From: Longimicrobiales bacterium
Lineage (GTDB): Bacteria > Gemmatimonadota > Gemmatimonadetes > Longimicrobiales > Gaopeijiaceae
Direction: 5' to 3'
DNA length: 64,000 nt
Assembly: GCA_965238005.1 (NCBI GenBank)
Contig: OZ250165.1
Span: 4,576,001 to 4,640,000 of the forward strand
The notes beneath the pieces were generated by a model, which worked only from the letters and a program-made list of their open reading frames with translations, did no database searches and was not told the origin of the DNA. This document shows, in pieces, positions 9,106 through 18,645 of this stretch. Made by a program: the position numbers and the translations under genes. The first letter of the stretch is position 1. Each line of letters begins with the position of its first letter.

Positions 9106-10379
9106 GCCACCGGGTAGTCGTCACGGGCATGGGCGTCGTGGCTCCCAACGGGAACGGCCTCGAGGAGTACGCTCGGGCCATCCGCGACGGCATTTCCGGA
9201 ATCCGGCATTACCCGCAGCTGGAGGAGCTCAAGTTCGGATGCACCGTGGGCGGGATCCCACAGGGCGTCGACGAGATCGCCGCCGAATACTTCGACGAGG
9301 ACGAGCTCCTGGCGATGAACAGCAGCCACCGGTACGGCTGCATCGCCGCCGTCGACGCGTGGACTGACGCCGGGTTCGAGCGACCTGAGCCGGGTGACGA
9401 TCGGGTCTATTGGGAGGCCGGGGCGGTTCTCGGAACGGGGATCGGCGGGCTGGATACCACCGGCGAGAAGCTCGTGCCATTTGTCGATGCCGGCCGGGTG
9501 CGCAGGCTCGGCAGCACTATCGTGGAGCAGGTCATGGGCAGCGGGGTCTCCGCGCGGGTGGCCGGACTTCTGTCCCTGGGTAACCAGGTGACGGCCAACT
9601 CCAGCGCGTGCAGCACCGGGTTGGAGGCGATCATCGCAGGGTACTGTCGGATCGCTGCGGGCCGCGCCGAGCGAATGCTGTGCGGAGGCACCGAGGGGTC
9701 GAGTCACTATGGCTGGGCCGCCTTCGACTCCATGCGTGTCCTCTGCCGGAGGCACAACGACGAGCCCGAGAGGGCCTCACGCCCGCTCAGCGCATCTGCG
9801 GGCGGGTTCGTTCCCGGCAGCGGTGCAGGACTCCTCCACTTGGAGAGCCTGGAGAGCGCCGAGGCGCGAGGTGCGCGGATCCATGCCGAAGTTCTGGGTG
9901 GCGGCATCAATTGCGGAGGGCATAGCGGTGGAGGTAGCATGACCGCGCCCAACCCGGAGGGAGTGCAACGCTGCATCCGGCAAGCCGTGGCGGATGCGTC
10001 CATCGATGCGGACGAGGTGGACGCCATCAATGGTCATCTGACGGCGACCGGCGCCGATCCGCGAGAAGTGGCCTCTTGGGCGAAGGCCCTCGAACGCACG
10101 CCGGAAACGTTCCCGGTGATCTCGTCGACCAAGTCGATGATCGGACACGCGCTGGGTGCCGCAGGGGCCTTGGAGGCGGTCGCATGTATCTTGATGCTCG
10201 AGGGAGGGTTTGTTCATCCCTCCATAAACTGTGAGGATGTGCACCCGGAGATCGAGGCATATGCGGCCTCGATCCCGCATGTGGTGCGCGAAATGCCGGC
10301 GCTGAATACGATTATCAAGGCGGGCTTCGGCTTTGGCGATGTAAATTCTTGTGCGATCTTCCGCAGGTGGGTCGACTAG
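9102..10379 (+). CDS. Beta-ketoacyl-ACP synthase (FabB/FabF family)
   Basis: RVVVTGMG, SSACSTG, INGHLTAT, KSMIGHALGAAG, GFGFG; real start ATG 9102. Confidence 0.92.
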   Translation: MSHRVVVTGMGVVAPNGNGLEEYARAIRDGISGIRHYPQLEELKFGCTVGGIPQGVDEIAAEYFDEDELLAMNSSHRYGCIAAVDAWTDAGFERPEPGDDRVYWEAGAVLGTGIGGLDTTGEKLVPFVDAGRVRRLGSTIVEQVMGSGVSARVAGLLSLGNQVTANSSACSTGLEAIIAGYCRIAAGRAERMLCGGTEGSSHYGWAAFDSMRVLCRRHNDEPERASRPLSASAGGFVPGSGAGLLHLESLESAEARGARIHAEVLGGGINCGGHSGGGSMTAPNPEGVQRCIRQAVADASIDADEVDAINGHLTATGADPREVASWAKALERTPETFPVISSTKSMIGHALGAAGALEAVACILMLEGGFVHPSINCEDVHPEIEAYAASIPHVVREMPALNTIIKAGFGFGDVNSCAIFRRWVD

Positions 10380-10404
10380 CACTGGATCGAAACGGGAAGC
10401 GCTA

Positions 10405-10653
10405 ATGACCAGAGAAGAGATCTTCGCGAAGGTGATAGAGATCATGAAGCCGTACGTGAAGAACCAAGAGGCACTGGATGCGGTGAACGAGGACACGAAC
10501 ATCCTCCAGGACCTCAAGGTGAATTCCGCACGGTTGGTGGACATCATCCTGAACTTCGAAGATGAGTTCGACATCGAAGTGGAGGATGAAGACGCCGATG
10601 CCGTGAACACCGTCGGCGACGCGGTGGGGCTCATCCAGCAAAAGATCTCGTAA
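10405..10653 (+). CDS. Acyl carrier protein
   Basis: 82-aa acidic protein; DLKVNSARLVDI (NS instead of DS at the Ppant serine); EDEFDIEV, TVGDAV. Confidence 0.9.
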   Translation: MTREEIFAKVIEIMKPYVKNQEALDAVNEDTNILQDLKVNSARLVDIILNFEDEFDIEVEDEDADAVNTVGDAVGLIQQKIS

Positions 10654-10663
10654 GTCTCGAGTC

Positions 10664-11410
10664 GTGACGAAACTTCCCTTGAGAACACGGGCGGCGCTGG
10701 CCATTCAGCGGGAGGTGGGCCGGCTGTCTTCCGTCTTCTGGATCACCTCTATCGTCTTCGCGATGCGGTTCCTGATGAGGTATCACGTCAAGAACGCCGG
10801 CGCGCTGCGCAAGCGCTTTCGCGCCATGATGCGTGAGAACGATCAACCCCTGCTGATCTGCGCGAACCATCTGACCATGGTCGACTCGGCTGTGGTCGCG
10901 TGGGCCCTCGGGGGAAGCTGGTGGTACGTCTTCAACTACTCCCGCATGCCGTGGAATGTGCCGGAGTACACCAACTACGCGTTTGTTTGGCCCAGCCGGT
11001 TCGGTGCCTGGCTCACCAAGTGCATTCCGGTGAGACGGGGCGGGAGGCGGCAGGACGTGTCCGGGGTTATCAAGCGCGTGCAACATCTCCTCACCCGGGG
11101 CGAGACCGCTTTGATCTTCCCCGAGGCGGGGCGTAGCCGCACGGGGCGTGTGCAGTCCGACGCCATCGCCCACGGGGTGGGGAGGATCCTGAACTCCGTG
11201 CGGGACTGTCGAACACTGTGTGTATACATACGCGGTGACCGACAGAAGACATGGTCTACCGTTCCGGCCCGCGGCGACTCGTTCTACGTCGACTTGGAGC
11301 TCTTCAAGCCCGAGTCTGAGCATTCGGGCCTGCGGCGGTCCAGGGACCTGGCCGAGCAGATCGTAGCTCGACTGGCGCGTATGGAGCAAAAGTACTTTGC
11401 TTGTAGGTAA
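10664..11410 (+). CDS. PlsC-like lysophospholipid acyltransferase
   Basis: NHLTMVD (HX4D), IPVRRG, LIFPEAGRS. Confidence 0.85.
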   Translation: MTKLPLRTRAALAIQREVGRLSSVFWITSIVFAMRFLMRYHVKNAGALRKRFRAMMRENDQPLLICANHLTMVDSAVVAWALGGSWWYVFNYSRMPWNVPEYTNYAFVWPSRFGAWLTKCIPVRRGGRRQDVSGVIKRVQHLLTRGETALIFPEAGRSRTGRVQSDAIAHGVGRILNSVRDCRTLCVYIRGDRQKTWSTVPARGDSFYVDLELFKPESEHSGLRRSRDLAEQIVARLARMEQKYFACR

Positions 11411-12104
11411 CGATATCGTCGATCTCCACGATCCGTGGAGCCAAGCCGGCAGGATCCACGGCCGCTTCGACAGCCGGGCGTTTACTCCCGCCGAACAAGC
11501 CCGCATCCGCGGGAGCCGCTCCGCGCATCAACTCCGATGGTCTCTCTGGGCGGCGAAGGAAAGCGCCTTCAAGGTCGCCCGGAAGCTCGACGGCGAGGTA
11601 CGGTTCTTCCCGAGGAGATTCGCCGTCCGGATGCTCGACGACGCCAGGGCCGAGGTGAGCCATGGAGTGGGGCGCTTCAGCGTCTGGTTCGAGCGAGCGG
11701 ACGGATGGCTGCACGCTCTCGCCGTGCCCGTGGCAGATCAGGCGACCGGTTCCCGTGCCGAAGTCCACGACGGAGCCGCCGGCGAGCCCCCCATCGGCGC
11801 CCGTGCCCGCGTCGGCCGAGTCGAGATCGACGGCTCGGGAGCTCGGGGCGACCGCCCCAGCGTTCGTGTTAGAGAGCTGGCGCGAACCGCCGTGGGGTCC
11901 CTGATGAACATCTCCCCGGCAGAGATCGACATCGTGACCCAGGGGGGGATACCGACCTTGCGCCGGCGAGACGAGCGTTTGCGCGTGGACCTGTCGCTGT
12001 CCCATCACGGCCGCTTCGTCGCCTGCGCGTGGGCCGTCTACCCTTGGGGGCACCGCCTAGGTCTGGCCGGTAACAGGCGCGCTAGCGCTTGTCGGCGCTC
12101 CTAA
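11397..12104 (+). CDS. 4'-phosphopantetheinyl transferase (ACPS superfamily)
   Basis: VGNDIVDL, WAAKESAFK, SLSHHG. Confidence 0.85.
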   Translation: MLVGNDIVDLHDPWSQAGRIHGRFDSRAFTPAEQARIRGSRSAHQLRWSLWAAKESAFKVARKLDGEVRFFPRRFAVRMLDDARAEVSHGVGRFSVWFERADGWLHALAVPVADQATGSRAEVHDGAAGEPPIGARARVGRVEIDGSGARGDRPSVRVRELARTAVGSLMNISPAEIDIVTQGGIPTLRRRDERLRVDLSLSHHGRFVACAWAVYPWGHRLGLAGNRRASACRRS

Positions 12105-14249
12105 CGCGGCTCGCCCCACTTCTGGGACACCACCCTGGGCGGATCCGGACTCGGACTGTCTTCGCTTGAAGCGCTGCCCGAGGATCTTCAGACCGGCGGG
12201 CTCTCCGATGACCGTGAGCCGGTCGCCCTCCTCGAGCACCGTGGCGCCCCGCGGGACGATGACCTCCGACTCGCGGCTCACCAGTGCGATGAGCGTGCCT
12301 TCGGGCATGTTCAGGTCCTTCAGGGCGAGACCGATGAGTGACGCGGCGGGGGTGTCGGGCTCCAGTGTGAGGGCCAACACCCTCTCGTCCCGAAGCACGG
12401 CCTCTTTGAGCTCCTGGTGATTGGACGCCGACAGCCACGCATCCATGAAGTCCTCTTTGTCCACGCGTCCGGCGATCTGAGCGAGGATGCGGAGGTGCTG
12501 GCCTGGGTTCTTCTCGGGACTGACCAGGAAAAAGACCGCCCGTACGGGTTCAAGCTGCTCCTGTGCCGTCCCGGCGGAGTCCACGTCCACGTCCATCTCG
12601 ATCCCGTCGATGCATCGAACGAGAACCATCCGCGAGGATCCGATGGTCGTGAGGCGGAGGTGGGGGAGCGCCACTCCGTGGGAGACCGGCGTCATGCCCA
12701 CCACCGTCCCCTTCAGGAAGCCATCACCCAGCCTCTTGGCCGACGTATCGCACGTATCGGCCAGATAGGCGGAGGCTTCCCATATGATGTCACGAAAGCT
12801 CGTGCCGCCTGGTGTGTCGATGATCGCCGCCGCCGCCACCACCTGCTCGAAGGGATCGGCGTCCCGGAGGCCCTTTTCCTTCATGATCTGCCGGAGCTCG
12901 CGGTCCAGGCCGACGTCGCGCTGGCGCCCGAGCCTCTCGAACACGTGGTAGATGGCCCCCTCGCGGTCCACTCGGTCGCGGGCGTAGTAGGTATACCAGA
13001 TCGCGCCAAACGTGATAAGACCTCCCGTGAACAGGCTGGGGAGAAGTCCCATCTCCACAACCACCCAGAAGGAGGCCAAGACGCCCAGTATGTGAAGCCA
13101 GGGGTAGAAGGGGGAGCGGTAGCCCGGGTCGTACGACTCGATGCGACTCTCCCTCATGACGATCACCGCCAGGCAGCTCAGCCCGAACATCATGAGCTGG
13201 AATGCTCCAGCGAGCTTGGCGATCTTGGTCGGGTCGAACAGCACGACGAAGGCGAGGATCAGCGCGACCGAGGTGAAGATGGCGTACATCGGGGTTCCCC
13301 GGGCCTGGATCTTCGAGAAGAACCGGGGAAGCACTTTGTCACGGCTCATGGCCAGGGGATACCGAGATGCACTCAGGACGGCCGCGTTCGACACGGATGA
13401 GAAGGCGAGGACCGCCGCCGCCGTCACCAGGATCATCCCCCATGGCCCCACCAGTACATCAGCCACCGTCGCAACCGGCGTCAGGTCGCCCCCGTCCCGT
13501 GCCAGGACATCCGCCGAGACGACCCCCACCATGACCGCTGTGCCCACGGTGTACACGAGGATGGCGGTGCCGAAGGCCAGGAACATTCCTAAGGGAAGAT
13601 TTCTCTCAGGGTTGCGGACTTCCTCCGCTATGCTGGCTACCTTGGTGAGCCCCATGTAGCTGACGATGACGAGGCCCGCAGTGGTAACGACCGACACCGG
13701 TGCCTGACTGAACATGCCGGCGAGATTCCCGGGCTCCACATGCATCAGCCCCGTGCCCATGAACCACGCCAGGATCAACAGCAGGGCCACGACCATGAAC
13801 CCCTGAAACCGGGTGGCCCTCTTCGCTCCCAGGACGTTGACGATCCCGAACAAAACGGCGAAGGCCACCGCGATAGGCACGACGTTGAGCTCGGGGAGGA
13901 ACAGCCGCAGATACGCCCCGATACCGATGAGGGCGAAGGCGGCCTTAAGGGAAAGTGCGATCCATGTCCCGAAGCCCCCCACCGTTCCCATGAGGGGTCC
14001 CATGCTGCGATCCACGAAGTAGTAAACGCCTCCGGCTCGCGGCATGGCCGTAGCTAGCTCCGCCATGCTGACCAGGCCGGGGACCAGCAGGAGACCGGCC
14101 AGAAGGTAGGACAAGGGCATTCCCGGCCCGGCTCCGGCGGCCGCGAGCCCCGGAAGCAGGAAGAAGCCCGAGCTCAGCGTGGCGCCCGTGGCGATGACGT
14201 AGACGTCCCAGAGGCCCAGCTCCTTCTTGAGGAGCTCCGGTTTGCTCAT
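12057..14249 (-). CDS. APC-family amino acid permease fused to PTS EIIA and TrkA-C (RCK_C) domains
   Basis: About 12 TM with GATLSSGFF, EEVRNPERNLP, YRSPFYP; EIIA GVALPH...HLRILAQI; RCK_C LIGLALKDL...PRGATVLEEGDRL. Confidence 0.88.
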   Translation of the reverse strand: MSKPELLKKELGLWDVYVIATGATLSSGFFLLPGLAAAGAGPGMPLSYLLAGLLLVPGLVSMAELATAMPRAGGVYYFVDRSMGPLMGTVGGFGTWIALSLKAAFALIGIGAYLRLFLPELNVVPIAVAFAVLFGIVNVLGAKRATRFQGFMVVALLLILAWFMGTGLMHVEPGNLAGMFSQAPVSVVTTAGLVIVSYMGLTKVASIAEEVRNPERNLPLGMFLAFGTAILVYTVGTAVMVGVVSADVLARDGGDLTPVATVADVLVGPWGMILVTAAAVLAFSSVSNAAVLSASRYPLAMSRDKVLPRFFSKIQARGTPMYAIFTSVALILAFVVLFDPTKIAKLAGAFQLMMFGLSCLAVIVMRESRIESYDPGYRSPFYPWLHILGVLASFWVVVEMGLLPSLFTGGLITFGAIWYTYYARDRVDREGAIYHVFERLGRQRDVGLDRELRQIMKEKGLRDADPFEQVVAAAAIIDTPGGTSFRDIIWEASAYLADTCDTSAKRLGDGFLKGTVVGMTPVSHGVALPHLRLTTIGSSRMVLVRCIDGIEMDVDVDSAGTAQEQLEPVRAVFFLVSPEKNPGQHLRILAQIAGRVDKEDFMDAWLSASNHQELKEAVLRDERVLALTLEPDTPAASLIGLALKDLNMPEGTLIALVSRESEVIVPRGATVLEEGDRLTVIGEPAGLKILGQRFKRRQSESGSAQGGVPEVGRAALGAPTSASAPVTGQT

Positions 14250-15538
14250 GGCTTCAGGTAGACCTCTCCGTCCTTCATGACGAACCGGACGTTCCGGAGG
14301 GCGGAGATCTCCTGCGTGGGGTCGCCCTCCACTGCGATGAGGTCCGCCAGGAGGCCCGCCTCGATGCGGCCCACCCGATCGTCGATCCCGAAGATTCGGG
14401 CGTTGCCCGACGTGGCTGCGGCGAGCACGGCCTGAGTCGGCATTCCGTACTCCTCCATCAGCTCCAGCTCGAACACGTTGTCGCCGTGTAAATACACACC
14501 AACGTCCCCGCCGAAGCAGATGGTCACACCGGTGGCCAGGGCTCGCCCGAAGCTCTCACGCTTCCTGGTGATGCTCGCAGGCTCGGGATCGATGCCCTTT
14601 CGCCAGCCTGCGTACGTCCGGATGGAGTAGCCGGCAGCCAGGGTCGGGCAGAGCGCCACCCCGTGATCCGCCATGAGCCGGAAGGTCTCGTCCGTGGCGT
14701 TGTTGCCGTGCTCGATGGTGGCGACCCCCGCCAACGTCGCCCGGCGTATGGCCTCGGGGCTCGAGGCGTGGGCGACGACAGGCCGTCCCGAGCTGTTGGC
14801 TACCTTCACGATCGTCTCGAGCTCCTCCAGCGTGAAGGCGGGCTGCGTGGACCCGTTCGGACCCCAGCGGTAGTCGGCGTAGACCTTTATGAAGTCGGCT
14901 CCACGGCCGATCTGGTCTCGCGTGACCCTGATGAGATCGTCGTAGCCGTCGGCCTCTTCGGCGCCTTTGGGAAACTGGATCTCGGGCGCACCCTTCGGGC
15001 TGTAGCTGCCCGTCGCGACGATGGCTCTGGTGGCGACGAGGAGCCGCGGGCCCGGGATCACTCCGCGGTCGATGGCCTGCTTGATGCCCACATCGGCGTA
15101 CCCGGCCCCCTCGGATCCAAGGTCGCGCATCGTGGTGACCCCGGCCATGAGGCTGTTCTTCACGTGAACGGTGGCGCGGGCGGTGCGCAGGCCCAGCGAC
15201 TCGTTCAGGACCTGGTCGGTCCACGCCGTCTCGTTGTAGGGGTGGAGGAGGATGTGGGAGTGCCCTTCGATGAGGCCTGGGAGGAGCGTGGTTCCCGGGA
15301 GATCGATCTCCACCGTTCCCCGGGGCGCGTCGACTACCGACTCAGGATCCGCGGCTTCGATGCGATTCCCCCGCACCAGGACCACCCAGCCCTGGTGAAG
15401 AGCTTCCCCGTCAAACACACGGGAGGGTCGGAGAAGGGTGGTCTCCTGAGCCGTCAGGCCGGTGGCGGACGTCGGCACCGTGCACAGGACGATCAGGCAG
15501 GAGAGGAGGACGAACCGGGCGCCGACGGTGATACGCAT
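14246..15538 (-). CDS. Secreted metal-dependent amidohydrolase (prolidase-like)
   Basis: Signal peptide from ATG 15538; LPGLIEGHSH, GADFIK, VAHA, IEHG, GGDVG, ADLIAVEGDP. Confidence 0.88.
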   Translation of the reverse strand: MRITVGARFVLLSCLIVLCTVPTSATGLTAQETTLLRPSRVFDGEALHQGWVVLVRGNRIEAADPESVVDAPRGTVEIDLPGTTLLPGLIEGHSHILLHPYNETAWTDQVLNESLGLRTARATVHVKNSLMAGVTTMRDLGSEGAGYADVGIKQAIDRGVIPGPRLLVATRAIVATGSYSPKGAPEIQFPKGAEEADGYDDLIRVTRDQIGRGADFIKVYADYRWGPNGSTQPAFTLEELETIVKVANSSGRPVVAHASSPEAIRRATLAGVATIEHGNNATDETFRLMADHGVALCPTLAAGYSIRTYAGWRKGIDPEPASITRKRESFGRALATGVTICFGGDVGVYLHGDNVFELELMEEYGMPTQAVLAAATSGNARIFGIDDRVGRIEAGLLADLIAVEGDPTQEISALRNVRFVMKDGEVYLKP

Positions 15539-15561
15539 CACACTGTCCAAGGTAAGGGGGC

Positions 15562-16023
15562 TCACTCCCATTCGATGGTTCCGGGGGGCTTGGAGGCGAT
15601 GTCCAAGGCCAGGCTGGAAACACCGGGGAGATCCAGGATCTCCTCCCGCAGGTCGTCCAGAACCTCCGTGGGGAGCTCTACCGGCGTGGCCGTCATGAGG
15701 CGGTTGTCCACGTGGAGGAGGTGGAGGTGATCCGGGCCCCAGCGATTGTCCGAGGACCGTCGCCGCCGCCGTGGAATCCACGCCGCCCGAGGCAAGCAGG
15801 AAGAAGCCGTAGCGCCGAAGCGAGTCGGAGCCGCGGAGTCCTCTCCCTGCGAGGCCAGGCTGGGGCTGCCCGAGATGATGATCCCCCGATAACCGAGGAA
15901 GGCGTCGATGGGGTCCTCGGGCTGCCGGATCTCAGCCAGCACAGCGCGGCGGCGCACTTTGGCGGCGATGAGGTGGGCGTACTGCCCTCCGAAGTCTATG
16001 ACGGCAATGCTGTCGTGTGCCAT
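15562..16023 (-). pseudogene. guaA: GMP synthase remnant with two large internal deletions
   Basis: N-terminus IDFGGQYAHLIAAKVRR...IISGSP; PP-loop FLLASGGVDSTAAA in another frame, then HLLHVDNRLM; C-terminus SKPPGTIEWE. All within about 460 nt. Confidence 0.88.
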
Positions 16024-16104
16024 TGCACCTGAAGGGTCATCGAAGGCATGGGGTAGGCCGCCGCGTCAAGCGGCCCTTGACGACCCAGGTTACCAAGACC
16101 GGCC

Positions 16105-16992
16105 CTAGGTGGGAAGGGAGGGGGTCGAAGGGCCCGCCTGATTAGCCGCAGCCTCACGAAAGAAGTCACTCAGATGGCGGCTTCCATAGGCGGGCGCCAC
16201 CACGTCCGTCACGCTCACGTCCACGCCAAACGCCAGCAGCGTGGCAAGACGTGGATTCAGGGGTCGGGCTGCTGTGGCCGCCGCCCGTGCCACCCACTCC
16301 GGCACCGAGCGGATCCGCTCCGGTCGTCCGGCGACGCGAAGAGCGAGCTCGACGATGCCGCGTCGGCTGAAGACCTCTGGTCCGCCGACCGACAGCTCCT
16401 CCCGCTCCGACTCCAGGTGATCGACCGAGAAATCCCCCAGGTCCGCCTCGTGAATGGGGTTGGCCCGTGCCGTACCGTCGCCTATCACCACTCCGTGGCC
16501 CTTTCTAGCCATGCGGAGGAAATCGAGGAAGATCGAGAAGAACCCGGTGGGCCGGATGACCAGGCTAGAGACGGGGGAGGCGCCCAGCGCGTCGACGAAC
16601 TGCTCATGAGCATCGGCGTAGCCGTTGTGGCGGAGCTTCTTGCCTTCGTGGAGCGAGACGTAGACGAACCGGGGGGTGCCCTCACGCTCCGCCTCGCTCA
16701 GCAAGTTGCGGTTGCCGGTGAAGTCCACGTCGAGATAGCGACGCCGATCCCGAAAATCGTCCAGGCGCATGGAGGAGCCTGCGCACGAGAACACCAGGTC
16801 GACGCCCTGAGAGGTTCCCGTGAGGGAGTCGGGGCGGGTGAGGTCGGCCCGGACATGCTCACCGGTGAAGAGCATTGCAGCGCTGCGAGGTCCGCGGGAC
16901 AGCGTTCGGACCCGATGGCCGCGCTCGGCGAGCGACCGCAAGACCTCCTGCCCGAGGCTTCCCGAGGCCCCGGCTAACAAAACCCGCGCCAT
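16105..16992 (-). CDS. Atypical SDR / NAD(P)-binding oxidoreductase (NmrA-like)
   Basis: LLAGASGSLG, YLDVDFTGNRNLL, IRPTGFF, NPIHEADL. Confidence 0.8.
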   Translation of the reverse strand: MARVLLAGASGSLGQEVLRSLAERGHRVRTLSRGPRSAAMLFTGEHVRADLTRPDSLTGTSQGVDLVFSCAGSSMRLDDFRDRRRYLDVDFTGNRNLLSEAEREGTPRFVYVSLHEGKKLRHNGYADAHEQFVDALGASPVSSLVIRPTGFFSIFLDFLRMARKGHGVVIGDGTARANPIHEADLGDFSVDHLESEREELSVGGPEVFSRRGIVELALRVAGRPERIRSVPEWVARAAATAARPLNPRLATLLAFGVDVSVTDVVAPAYGSRHLSDFFREAAANQAGPSTPSLPT

Positions 16993-17242
16993 CGATTCTT
17001 CCTCGAAAGGACATGTCGAGCGGCCCGCTCACACAGGGCGGGCGGGGGCAAGAGAGGCCCCTTTTGGCGGACCGGAGGCGTCCTTCGCTCGCGCCTGCGG
17101 CAAGCTAGAAGAGGGCAGACAGGCCCACAAGCCCGACAGGACGGCTGGGGGTTGGGTGTAAGGCCTATTCACCTTAAAACTCCTGTCTTGCTCGATCCCC
17201 CTGAGAGGGGTCCCACACACATATTGAGGAGAATGACGGCGC

Positions 17243-17650
17243 ATGGTTAGGGCTTCTGCCAAGAAAGCCGCGCTGGCCTGCTTGGTGGCCGCCTTCGGGG
17301 TCCAGACCACGCTCGTCTACACCGATGAGCGTCAGGATCCGTTGTCCGAGGCCGCGCTCCGCGGTCGCACCCTCTGGCACGAGAACGCTTGCCAGGTCTG
17401 TCACCAGCTCGATGGGCAAGGTATTTCTAGGTCCGGACCTCACCAACGCCGCCAGCCGCATGGACGCGTCCAGGCTGGCGTCGCTCCTGACAGTGAGCAG
17501 TGACCAGATGCCTCCGTTCCACTTCACGGACGAGCAGATCACCGACCTCTCCGCCTACCTCGAGGCGTTGGAGCGGCCCGATCTGGGCCGGGGGCAGCTG
17601 CGACTCGGAGCCGCACGGGAGGGGAGCGGGCCGGGGGGAGCCTTCGATCG
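17243..17650 (+). pseudogene. NorC-like membrane-anchored monoheme cytochrome c, frameshifted
   Basis: TM, then RGRTLWHENACQVCHQ (CxxCH); frameshift near 17420 into FLGPDLTN...QMPPFHFTDEQI. Confidence 0.75.
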
Positions 17651-17658
17651 AGGATGCC

Positions 17659-18607
17659 CATCCGATACGGCAGTTCGCCACGCTCACCTTCGTGCGCGGG
17701 GGACTCATCGCCATCGCCCTCTTGGGCGGCTTGCTGGGGGCTTTGTACTCGGTTCCGTCCCTGGCGCCAACCTTTCAGTCCCTCGGCCTCGACCTGAGGC
17801 AGCTCCGTCCGATCCACACGACCTTCGCCTCTGCGTGGATCTTCCTCGGAGGCCTGGCCGTGGTCCATTGTTAACTCATGGACCACGGCGGTCCGGCCAC
17901 GGACGGCGACCGCTGGAGGCTGAGGGTAAAGGTGCTCTGCTGGACCGCAGCGGGCGTCGGCATCCTCGCCACGCTCCTGGCCGGCGTCGGGCCGGGCCGA
18001 GAGTATGTGGGCTTCCACCCGGCGTTCTCGGTCCTGATCCTAATCGGCTGGCTCTGCTATGCCTGGAACTTCTTCCGGGTCGTGGGGCCCGGCTTCTGGA
18101 ACCGTCCGCTCTACGTTACCATGTGGGGCGTGGGGACGGTGTTCTTCGTCTACACATTCCTCGAACAGCACGCTTACCTCCTGCCGGGGATCTGGAGCGA
18201 TCCGGTACACGACTGAGAGTCCAGTGGAAGGCGACAGGCACGCTGGTAGGGGCCTTCAACCTCTTCGTCTACGGCTCCGTCATCTACATCGGCGAGCGAA
18301 TCTCCGGCGACGGCGAGTACGGACATTCGAGGACCGCCTACACCCTCTTCGCGGTGGGCCCCCTGAACTCCTTCACCAACTTCGCGCACCACTCCTACCA
18401 CCTCCCCCAGCGCGAGATCGTGAAGTGGATCGCCTTCGTCGTGAGCATGATTCGGCGGAAGCCTACCTCCCGCCGGCCTGGCTCGGGGCTTCGTCGGGGC
18501 TTGTGTTCGCGCTCACCGGGGCGATCGTATTCCTGTTCTTCAGTTCGGTCCTCACAACGCTGTTTCCTCTCGCGTTCCGGTCCTTCCGGGCAGTAGGCTC
18601 GGCTTGA
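17659..18607 (+). pseudogene. Divergent NorB/heme-copper oxidase subunit I-like remnant
   Basis: LRPIHTT (helix II His), GREY, LEQ, FAHHSY. In-frame TAA at 17872, frameshift near 18213, jump to a last helix near 18450, no start codon. Confidence 0.75.
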
Positions 18608-18645
18608 CCGCACTCACCTGTAGCAGCTGAAAAGAGATACCGACC

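Noticed and set aside
16024..16104. Purine riboswitch upstream of the guaA relic
   Set aside because: Only a short CGTCAAG/CTTGACG hairpin; no aptamer consensus
17160..17240. FNR/DNR/NsrR box before the nor-like locus
   Set aside because: No convincing TTGAT-N4-ATCAA or other palindrome
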